From assembly GCA_964383885.1 (NCBI GenBank), contig CAYLHY010000001.1:1-40734 (forward strand): a stretch of 40,734 bases of DNA. The letters are read 5' to 3'. Positions 25,053 to 31,678 of the stretch are shown here, piece by piece. How positions within the stretch are numbered: position 1 is the stretch's first letter; the number at the start of each line of letters is the position of its first letter. The notes beneath the pieces were generated by a model, which had not been told where the DNA came from, made no database searches, and was given only the letters and a program-made list of their open reading frames with translations. A program made the position numbers and the translations under genes. This stretch comes from Candidatus Woesearchaeota archaeon (GTDB taxonomy: Archaea; Nanobdellota; Nanobdellia; Pacearchaeales; GW2011-AR1).

Positions 25053-25690
25053 AAATTAAATTACTTGTTGAAGGTGGAGCAATGCAACCAGGCCCAGCAC
25101 TCAGCCAGAAACTTGGGCCAGCAGGAATTAATTTAGGACAAGTTATCTCAAAAGTTAATGAAGCAACAAAGGATTTTAAGGGTTTGAAAGTTCCAGTTGA
25201 ACTTGATGTAGATACAGGCACAAAAACCTTTAAAGTAGAGGTTTTTTCACCACCTGTTTCTGAGTTGCTGAAAAAAGAATTAGGAATAGAAAAAGGTTCT
25301 GGAGCTCAGAAAAAAATTCAAGTTGCAAATGCTTCTATTGAACAAATTATAAATATTGCAAAACAAAAAATGCAGAATCTTTTAGCTAAAGACTTAAAAG
25401 CTGCTGTTAAATCTGTTTTAGGAACATGTACTAGTTTAGGTGTTTTAGTTGAAAATAAACCTGCAGTTGAAGTCTGCAAAGAAGTTGATGAAGGTTTGTA
25501 TGATAAAGAAATTCAAGAAGAAAAAACAGAAACTTCTCCTGAAAAAAAAGCAGAATTAGAAAAATACTTTAATGAAATTCACAGCAGGCAAGAAAAATTA
25601 ATAAAGCAGGAAGAAGCAGCAAAAGCTGCTGAAGCAGAAACTAAGGAAGAAGGCAAAAAAACTGAGGCAGAAGCAAATAATAAAAAATAA
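25049..25690 (+). CDS. rpl11: 50S ribosomal protein uL11 with a ~60-70-aa K/E-rich C-terminal extension
   Basis: KLLVEGGAMQPGPALSQKLGPAGINLGQVISKVNEATKDFKGLKVPVELDVDTGTKTFKVEVFSPPVSELLKKELGIEKGSG is the L11 signature. Confidence 0.9.
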   Translation: MKIKLLVEGGAMQPGPALSQKLGPAGINLGQVISKVNEATKDFKGLKVPVELDVDTGTKTFKVEVFSPPVSELLKKELGIEKGSGAQKKIQVANASIEQIINIAKQKMQNLLAKDLKAAVKSVLGTCTSLGVLVENKPAVEVCKEVDEGLYDKEIQEEKTETSPEKKAELEKYFNEIHSRQEKLIKQEEAAKAAEAETKEEGKKTEAEANNKK

Positions 25691-25775
25691 TTATTGAAGA
25701 TTTACTAAAGCTTTTATTTAAGATAAATAGTTTTATAAATTCTCTAAGATTTCTAAATTAATCAAAGTTATCATT

Positions 25776-25848
25776 GGGGCTGTGGGGTAGCCTGGTAGCC
25801 TTTCAGGTTTGGGACCTGACGACCCCGGTTCAAATCCGGGCAGCCCCA
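25776..25848 (+). tRNA. tRNA-Pro(UGG)
   Basis: Hand fold:
- acceptor GGGGCTG/CAGCCCC, discriminator A;
- D arm GGGT-AGCCTGGTA-GCCT;
- anticodon stem TCAGG/CCTGA, loop TT-TGG-GA;
- T arm CCCGG-TTCAAAT-CCGGG.
No encoded CCA. Followed directly by TTTTT. Confidence 0.9.
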
Positions 25849-25853
25849 TTTTT
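25849..25853 (+). terminator. Oligo-T terminator after tRNA-Pro
   Basis: A T5 run lies immediately 3' of the discriminator base. Oligo-T is the usual archaeal termination signal. Confidence 0.4.
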
Positions 25854-25947
25854 AGGATTTGAAACTTTTTGAGTTCTGAAGCTTGTTTTCAGAATGTATA
25901 TTTTCAATTATCTAAAATAATTTAAAGAATTTTTTTATTGAATTTTT

Positions 25948-26418
25948 ATGAACAAATCTGAAACTGAAAAACCAAGTGAGGAATTTATGGATTCTATATG
26001 TCATGCTGGCTCTCCTGTTATTGAATGTGAATTTTGCGGAAGAATTCATTATGCTCCTAACTCTGATTTAGATTTTGAAGAAGGAGAACTAGAAGAACTT
26101 GAAAAAAAACATGAACAAGATCCTAGAAAATATATTAGAAATCCAGATGATGCTGTTTCTTGGGGATATTTAGATGGAAAACAAATAGTATGTGGTTGTC
26201 CATGCAATTCTGCATCAAAGTATGAAAAATTTATTTGGAACCATAGGTATGTTATTGCTAAGTATTTTTCTTTAATAGCTAAAAAACAAGAAAAACAAGC
26301 AAGAGATAGCAGAAATATTGCAGATAAAGTAAAAAATTCTCTGCAAAAAATAGAAGAAGCAGAAGGAACAAGTAAAAATATAGAAGATAAAGTAAAGAAT
26401 TCTCCAGAGAAGAAGTAA
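25948..26418 (+). CDS. Hypothetical Cys-cluster (zinc-binding?) protein with a repeated C-terminal tail
   Basis: CH...CEFCGR and later CGCPC clusters. The tail repeats (N)I(A/E)DKVKNS(L/P) twice. Family not recognised. Confidence 0.55.
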   Translation: MNKSETEKPSEEFMDSICHAGSPVIECEFCGRIHYAPNSDLDFEEGELEELEKKHEQDPRKYIRNPDDAVSWGYLDGKQIVCGCPCNSASKYEKFIWNHRYVIAKYFSLIAKKQEKQARDSRNIADKVKNSLQKIEEAEGTSKNIEDKVKNSPEKK

Positions 26419-26434
26419 ACTAAAAATAGAATAA

Positions 26435-26442
26435 TTTAAAAA
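26435..26442 (+). promoter_or_regulatory. TATA box for leaderless rpl37ae
   Basis: TTTAAAAA with 21 nt before the ATG at 26464. Confidence 0.5.
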
Positions 26443-26463
26443 CCAATTTCTTTAATTATCTAT

Positions 26464-26688
26464 ATGCCAACAAAATCTAAAAAAACAAAATCTGCAGGAA
26501 GATTTCAGGCTAGATATGGAAAAACAGTTAAAGATAGAGTAGTAAAAATTGAAGAAAAACAAAGAAAAAAACAAAAGTGCCCTTTCTGCGGTAAAACAGG
26601 AGTGAAAAGATTATCAAAAGGAATCTGGCAATGCACTAAACCAAAATGCAATAAAAAATTTGCTTCAAATGTTTATTTTGTTGAGTAA
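26464..26688 (+). CDS. rpl37ae: 50S ribosomal protein eL43 (L37Ae)
   Basis: KSAGRFQARYGKTVKDRVVKIEEKQRKKQKCPFCGKTGVKRLSKGIWQCTKPKCNKKFA shows the L37ae pattern with its CxxC...CxxxxC zinc ribbon. Confidence 0.88.
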   Translation: MPTKSKKTKSAGRFQARYGKTVKDRVVKIEEKQRKKQKCPFCGKTGVKRLSKGIWQCTKPKCNKKFASNVYFVE

Positions 26689-26742
26689 ATGTTATTAAAT
26701 AAATGCTTAAATTTAAATACACTAAAATAAGTATATATTAAA

Positions 26743-26880
26743 ATGCCTGTCTATAAATGTTTTAAATGCGAGAAAAAAATAACTAGCTCCAAGCTTGAAA
26801 AAAGATTTGTATGTCCGTATTGCGGAGGAAAGATTTTTTACAAGCCTAGAACTAAAATCAAAAAAGTAAAAACAGATTAA
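26743..26880 (+). CDS. rpoP: DNA-directed RNA polymerase subunit P (Rpo12; 45 aa; not in the ORF track)
   Basis: My translation is MPVYKCFKCEKKITSSKLEKRFVCPYCGGKIFYKPRTKIKKVKTD. It has a CxxC...CxxC ribbon with the G.RI.YK.R-like end. The neighbour order rpl37ae-rpoP-pfdB is conserved in archaea. Confidence 0.75.
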   Translation: MPVYKCFKCEKKITSSKLEKRFVCPYCGGKIFYKPRTKIKKVKTD

Positions 26881-26899
26881 ATATCTTTTAAAAAACCAA

Positions 26900-27226
26900 A
26901 TGCCAGAAAATTCAAATAAAATTCAAGAAATCCAAATTCTAGAACAAAATCTTCATAATCTTTTGTTTCAAAAACAAGCTTTTCAAATAGAATTAGCAGA
27001 AACAGAATCAGCACTAAAAGAATTGAAATCATCTGGAGATGAAATTTTTAAGGTTATAGGGCAATTAATGATAAAAACAGATAAAAAAAAGACTTTAGAA
27101 GAATTATCAAAGAAAAAAGAACTTTTAGAGTTGAGAATAAAAGCAATTGAAAAACAAGAATTTGCTTTCTCAAACAGAATTAATGAATTAAGAGAAGAAA
27201 TGCTTTCAAAAAATAAAAACAAATAA
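26900..27226 (+). CDS. pfdB: Prefoldin beta subunit
   Basis: Two coiled-coil arms flank a central beta-hairpin region: IQEIQILEQNLHNLLFQKQAFQIELAETESALKELK...IFKVIGQLMIKTDKKKTLEELSKKKELLELRIKAIEKQE. Confidence 0.85.
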   Translation: MPENSNKIQEIQILEQNLHNLLFQKQAFQIELAETESALKELKSSGDEIFKVIGQLMIKTDKKKTLEELSKKKELLELRIKAIEKQEFAFSNRINELREEMLSKNKNK

Positions 27227-27273
27227 AATATCATCAGAATATTTCATAAAATATACACCATACTTACGAAATC

Positions 27274-27281
27274 TTTATAAA
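27274..27281 (+). promoter_or_regulatory. TATA box (TTTATAAA) for leaderless sepF
   Basis: Exact TTTATAAA with 21 nt before the ATG at 27303. Confidence 0.55.
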
Positions 27282-27302
27282 TCTGCTGAGGTATAATCTA
27301 CT

Positions 27303-27686
27303 ATGGTTTTTAAGAAGTTAAAAAAAGTATTTTCAGGAACACCTTCTGAAGTAGGTGATGATTACATAGAAATTGACCTTGAACAAGAAGAGCCTCAAAA
27401 CAAAGTACAAGTGAAAGTTTTTGTATTAAAAAAATATGAAGATGTTAATCTTATTCTTAACGCTCTAAGAGAAGGATTTACTATAGCAGTTATTGATTTT
27501 AAGATTTTAAAACAAAAAGATCCTATTGAATTAAAAAGAGCTATTTCTAAGATTAAAAAAACAGTAGATGCTTTAGAAGGAAGTATTGCAGGGCATGATA
27601 ATATCGTTATTGTAACTCCTTCTTTTGCAAAAATCTACAAGCAAGAATCTCCTGCAAAAAAAGAACCAGAAGAAAAGTTTTATTAA
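27303..27686 (+). CDS. sepF: Archaeal SepF-like cell division protein (FtsZ membrane anchor)
   Basis: Amphipathic N-terminus MVFKKLKKVF, then DDYIEIDL, then the SepF/DUF552-like core VKVFVLKKYEDVNLILNALREGFTIAVIDFKIL...ISKIKKTVDALEGSIAGHDNIVIVTP. Confidence 0.8.
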   Translation: MVFKKLKKVFSGTPSEVGDDYIEIDLEQEEPQNKVQVKVFVLKKYEDVNLILNALREGFTIAVIDFKILKQKDPIELKRAISKIKKTVDALEGSIAGHDNIVIVTPSFAKIYKQESPAKKEPEEKFY

Positions 27687-27707
27687 TTCTTGAAAAAATA
27701 CTTGTTT

Positions 27708-28400
27708 ATGATAAAAAAATTATTTATTCCTGTAGAGTATAATTTTAAATATGAAGAAATTGAAAAAATTAAATCAAAACTTTTAAAGAAATTCAAGGAA
27801 TTAAAAACTTTAAAAAAATCTAATGTAGCTTTAGTTTATTCTATTCAATTTAGGAATTTAGCTGATGAAATAAAAAAAACTCTGGAAAAAAATACAAAAA
27901 TAAAGATTTTCAGGCAGATTTTAGGATGCACTCCTTCTAAATCCTTTAAGTCAGTTGATGTTATTATTCTTATTAGCAATGGAAGATTTCATGCTGTTTC
28001 TTTGGCTTATGAAACAAAACTTCCTGTTTATTTAATTGAAATTTCAGATTCAAATTTAAAAATAACTAAAATCTCTAAAAAAGACACAGAAATAATTGAA
28101 AAAAAACAAAAAGCATCTTATGTCAAATTTCTTAATTCAAAAAATATAGGAATTATTGTTTCATTAAAACCTGGGCAGAATAAAATTAAAAAAGCTTTTG
28201 AATTGAAAAAACAACTGCAAAAGCAAAATAAAATCCCTTATTTATTTTTATGCAATAATATTAATTTTAATGAATTTGAAAATTTTTCTGGAATTGAATT
28301 TTGGATAAACACTGCGTGTCCAAGGCTGGACATAGATTTTAGAAAAATGAACTTAAATGTTATTAATCTAAATGATTTGAAAGTTGATAAATCAAATTAA
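27708..28400 (+). CDS. dph2: Dph2-like diphthamide synthesis enzyme (2-(3-amino-3-carboxypropyl)histidine synthase), unusually short
   Basis: ILGCTPS..., DVIILISNGRFHAVSLA, and WINTACPRL are Dph2-like blocks. Three Cys lie in separate blocks, as expected for the 4Fe-4S ligands. I prefer the ATG at 27708; the track start at 27690 is a TTG. About 230 aa, against my recollection of roughly 330-340 aa for archaeal Dph2. Confidence 0.6.
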   Translation: MIKKLFIPVEYNFKYEEIEKIKSKLLKKFKELKTLKKSNVALVYSIQFRNLADEIKKTLEKNTKIKIFRQILGCTPSKSFKSVDVIILISNGRFHAVSLAYETKLPVYLIEISDSNLKITKISKKDTEIIEKKQKASYVKFLNSKNIGIIVSLKPGQNKIKKAFELKKQLQKQNKIPYLFLCNNINFNEFENFSGIEFWINTACPRLDIDFRKMNLNVINLNDLKVDKSN

Positions 28401-28774
28401 AGCTTAGCCATAGCAAAAACTGTTTTTATTGCAACTATTATTGTCGCAGGGATAAATAAAACAAGCAGAGCAGAAAAAGCAGAACTAACAACATTCACTA
28501 AACCAATTCCAATTAAACTTTCTCTCACACTCTCCATTCCAAACTTGCTTATTATTATTAAAATAGCCCCAATTAATAAAAAAGTTTGGGAGTCTTTTCC
28601 TGAAGTAATCATACTTCCAACTATCACTCCTAAAATCAATAGTATTATATAAATAGGTCCGCTGTAAAGCTTTAAAACTCCTATAAAAGGAGTAGATAAA
28701 CCTATTATCACTGCTAAAATAATTCCAATTAAAAAAGCCCAAGCAGCTACAGAATTTTCTCTTGATCTTAGCAT
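28397..28774 (-). CDS. Hypothetical small membrane protein (4 TM)
   Basis: Four hydrophobic helices, an ATG start, and a correctly spaced TATA. Confidence 0.55.
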   Translation of the reverse strand: MLRSRENSVAAWAFLIGIILAVIIGLSTPFIGVLKLYSGPIYIILLILGVIVGSMITSGKDSQTFLLIGAILIIISKFGMESVRESLIGIGLVNVVSSAFSALLVLFIPATIIVAIKTVFAMAKL

Positions 28775-28795
28775 ATATTTAAGAGAAATATCATG

Positions 28796-28803
28796 TATAT
28801 AAA
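28796..28803 (-). promoter_or_regulatory. TATA box (TTTATATA on the minus strand) for the leaderless 28397-28774 gene
   Basis: 21 nt between the box and the ATG at 28774. Confidence 0.5.
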
Positions 28804-28875
28804 TCTTCTCTTATTGAAAAATCCGAAACATTTATAAACTATAGTAACTCTTAAGTGACATTAAAATTTCATAAA

Positions 28876-30468
28876 ATGGAAAAAAATTTACTTAAAAAAA
28901 TTTTAGGACTTTTCATAATAATAGCAAGCATGACTTTTGTCAGCGCAGCAACTACTTTTAGTGTTTCTCCTTTAACTCTTACTTTTACTCCTTCAGATAA
29001 TTCTGAAAGCTTTACAATTACTAACCTTGGTTCAAGTCCATTATCTGTTGATTTAAGTCTGCCTACTATTAACGGCATTACTTTCACTGCAAGCGGACAA
29101 ACTTCTGACATAGACCCTTCAAATTCAAGTGTTATTACTATTGAAGCATCTGATATTGACTTCACTGAAATGGAGTTTAATGAAGTTTTAACAGGAGACT
29201 TAATTATCACTGATTCTTCAAATAGTTCTGAGACAGAAATCATTAAAATTGAAATCTCAAAAAATGAGTTTTGCGATTATGGAGATCCTGGAAATGACAT
29301 AAGAGTTGAGATTAAAGATATAACTAATAATGGCATAGGAGATGATGATAAATGGTATCCTTTAGATGAAATTGAAGTTAAGGTAAAAGTTGAAAATAAA
29401 GGAAATGAAGACCTTAAAGATGTAAGCCTTGAGTGGGGGCTTTATGACAAAGATTCTGAAAAATGGATTATTGAAGTTGATGAAGAAGATGAATTTGATT
29501 TAGATGAAGATGATGATGAAACTCTAACTTTTTCATTTACTCTTGATAATGGTGATTTAGATATAGACATTGATGAATTAGAGGATTCAGATTATGTTCT
29601 TTATGTTAGAGCTACTGGGGAGCTTAAAGATTCAGAAGAAATTATTTGTGATTCTGATTCAGACGAAGTTGATATAAATGTTGAAAACGATTATGTTATT
29701 CTTAGTGATATTAAATTAACAGGAGAAACTTTCTGCGGAAGCGTTGTTCAATTAACAGCAAAAATCTGGAATATTGGAGATGATGATCAAGATGATGTTG
29801 AAATAAAAATATTCAGCAAGGAATTGGAAATTAATGAAAGAGTTGAAGTTGGAGATATTGATTCTTTTGATGATAAAAAACTTAGTTTTGAATTTCAAAT
29901 CCCTAAAGGAATAGATGAAAAAATCTATCCTTTAACTTTAGAAGTTTATGACGAGGATGGAGACCTTTATAAGAATTCAGAGGACGATGAATCTGTTTTC
30001 ACTGTTTTATTAAATGTAAGCGGAAATTGTGTAGTAATTCCTCAAGCAAAGATTTTTGCAAGCCTTGAATCAGGAGGAAAAGCAGGAGAAGAAATGAAAA
30101 TAAAAGCTACTATTACAAATGAAGATTCAGTTTTAAAAACTTACACTATTGAAGCAAGTGATTATTCTTCATGGGCAGAACTAATAGATATAATCCCTAA
30201 TGCAGTAACTTTGGGGCCTGGCCAAGCTCAGGATGTTGTCTTAACTTTTAATATTAAAGAAGATGTTGCAGACACTCAAACATTTAATCTTCTTGTAAAA
30301 ACAGAAAAAGGAATCAAAACCCAGCCAGTTGAAGTTTTAGTTGAAACAGGATTCTCTCTTTCAAGATTATTTAAAGGAGAAAATACATATTTATGGGCTC
30401 TTGCTTCTCTTAATGTTCTTTTAATTTTAATAATTATAATAGTTGCAATAAAAGTTGCAAGAAGATAA
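28876..30468 (+). CDS. Secreted, very acidic surface protein with CARDB/Ig-like repeats and a C-terminal TM + KVARR tail (candidate sortase-type substrate)
   Basis: Signal peptide MEKNLLKKILGLFIIIASMTFVSAATTF. Repeated beta-sandwich-like blocks: VKVKVENKGNEDLKDVSLEWGLYD and LTAKIWNIGDDDQDDVEIKIFS. Acidic D/E runs. The extreme C-terminus is ...GENTYLWALASLNVLLILIIIIVAIKVARR. I prefer the ATG at 28876; the track start at 28855 is a GTG. Confidence 0.65.
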   Translation: MEKNLLKKILGLFIIIASMTFVSAATTFSVSPLTLTFTPSDNSESFTITNLGSSPLSVDLSLPTINGITFTASGQTSDIDPSNSSVITIEASDIDFTEMEFNEVLTGDLIITDSSNSSETEIIKIEISKNEFCDYGDPGNDIRVEIKDITNNGIGDDDKWYPLDEIEVKVKVENKGNEDLKDVSLEWGLYDKDSEKWIIEVDEEDEFDLDEDDDETLTFSFTLDNGDLDIDIDELEDSDYVLYVRATGELKDSEEIICDSDSDEVDINVENDYVILSDIKLTGETFCGSVVQLTAKIWNIGDDDQDDVEIKIFSKELEINERVEVGDIDSFDDKKLSFEFQIPKGIDEKIYPLTLEVYDEDGDLYKNSEDDESVFTVLLNVSGNCVVIPQAKIFASLESGGKAGEEMKIKATITNEDSVLKTYTIEASDYSSWAELIDIIPNAVTLGPGQAQDVVLTFNIKEDVADTQTFNLLVKTEKGIKTQPVEVLVETGFSLSRLFKGENTYLWALASLNVLLILIIIIVAIKVARR

Positions 30469-30580
30469 AAATAATTCTAATTAGAAAATAAAATTAAAAT
30501 AAAAATTTAAAATGCTTTTCTATGAATTAATTAAAGAGATTTTAAGGTTTAGTGTATTTGTTTTTAATTCTTTTGATTAA

Positions 30581-30588
30581 TTTAATAA
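30581..30588 (+). promoter_or_regulatory. TATA-like box for the leaderless archaeosortase-like gene
   Basis: TTTAATAA with 22 nt before the ATG at 30611. Confidence 0.4.
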
Positions 30589-30610
30589 ATATTCTTTTTC
30601 TTAATTATTC

Positions 30611-31177
30611 ATGAAATTATTTCAAAAATTTCAAAGATTAAAACTAAAAACTTCTCAATTAGATATTTTTAAAATTTTTTTTAGATATTTAATAATTTTT
30701 GTATCAGGATTATCAGAACTTTATATTTACTATTTAATTTTTACTCCTTTAACTGTTTATTTAGTTTATTTTTTTCTTAAGATTTTTGCAGGAATTTTTA
30801 ATTTTAATGTTCTTCTTGTGAATAATGTTTTTTTTCTAAAAAATTACTCTATAGAGATTATTAAGGCATGCGTAGGAGGTTCAGCATATTTTCTTTTATT
30901 TGCATTAAATCTTTCTATTCCTTTTGAATTTAAAAAAAGACTGAAAGCTTTAGGATTTTCTTTTTCAGTTCTTTTATTATTTAATGTTTTTAGAATCTTA
31001 ATTCTTATTGCTGTGCTTTTTTTAGGAATGTCTTTTTTCAATGAAATTCACAGAATCTTTTGGTATTTTCTCAATATACTGGCAGTAGCTTTAATATGGT
31101 TAGCTGAAATTAAGATTTTTAAAATAAAAGAAATCCCTGTTTATTCTGATTTAAAGTTTTTTTATAAAAAATTATAA
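30611..31177 (+). CDS. Miniature exosortase/archaeosortase-family-like polytopic membrane protein
   Basis: 188 aa with about 5 TM helices. There is an ordered set of Cys (IIKACVGGSAYF), Arg (LLFNVFRILILI, 41 residues after the Cys) and His (FNEIHRIFWYF), each within or next to a TM helix. That matches my recollection of the conserved Cys/Arg/His layout of the exosortase/archaeosortase catalytic region. It lies adjacent to a protein with a TM + basic C-terminal tail. Confidence 0.5.
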   Translation: MKLFQKFQRLKLKTSQLDIFKIFFRYLIIFVSGLSELYIYYLIFTPLTVYLVYFFLKIFAGIFNFNVLLVNNVFFLKNYSIEIIKACVGGSAYFLLFALNLSIPFEFKKRLKALGFSFSVLLLFNVFRILILIAVLFLGMSFFNEIHRIFWYFLNILAVALIWLAEIKIFKIKEIPVYSDLKFFYKKL

Positions 31178-31201
31178 ACTATTGAAAATATTAAAAATCA
31201 T

Positions 31202-31678
31202 TCAAATTGAATAAATTCCCAGAGTTCCTAAAAAAATAATTATTCCAGCTAAAGCTACTCCTGATGCAATAGCCATAATGCTTTTTTTTCTTTCTAATCC
31301 TAAAATCCATGATAATAAACATCCGCTCCATGCTCCTGTTCCAGGAAGAGGTATTGCGACAAAAACTGCTAAAGCAAGAAATCCTTTTTCATTGTATTTT
31401 TTTTCAAATTTATCTACTTTTTTTTGAATTTTTTTTAAATATTTATTGAATAAATATCTGTAAATTTTAATTTCCATAAATTTATCATGAAGATTATCTA
31501 AAAAAAAGAAAATAACAAATATCATTAAAATATTTATTAAAACTATTAAAAGAAAAATTAAAAATACAGGAATACCAGATTCCTTTGCAAAACTTAATGC
31601 CAAAGGCAAACCAGCTCTAAGCTCAGTAACAGGCATAACAGTAAGAATTATTGAATAAATTAATTTTGAAATTTCCAT
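31202..31678 (-). CDS. COG2426 / 'small multidrug export'-family membrane protein
   Basis: MPVTELRAGLPLA near the N-terminus and AIPLPGTGAWSG near the C-terminus are the two hallmark blocks of this family. Overlaps the upstream gene by 19 nt. Confidence 0.65.
   Translation of the reverse strand: MEISKLIYSIILTVMPVTELRAGLPLALSFAKESGIPVFLIFLLIVLINILMIFVIFFFLDNLHDKFMEIKIYRYLFNKYLKKIQKKVDKFEKKYNEKGFLALAVFVAIPLPGTGAWSGCLLSWILGLERKKSIMAIASGVALAGIIIFLGTLGIYSI

Noticed and set aside
25732-25776. Idea that tRNAs are transcribed leaderless (RNase P-independent, as in Nanoarchaeum), because tRNA-Ser has a TATA-like box at the leaderless spacing.
   Set aside because: The best TATA for tRNA-Pro (TTTATAAA, 25732-25739) lies 36 nt upstream of +1, implying a leader of about 15 nt that needs 5' processing. 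Two tRNAs with conflicting geometry cannot support the claim.
25874-25894. Perfect 7-bp hairpin TTCTGAA-GCTTGTT-TTCAGAA between tRNA-Pro and the Zn-ribbon gene.
   Set aside because: It is short and A/U-rich, and it lies after an oligo-T that already suffices as an archaeal terminator. I see no evidence of function, and such stems occur by chance in AT-rich spacers.
28855-28875. GTG start at 28855 for the surface protein (track ORF MTLKFHKMEKN...).
   Set aside because: The TATA box at 28831-28838 would place the transcription start at about 28860, downstream of this GTG. The ATG at 28876 gives a textbook signal peptide.
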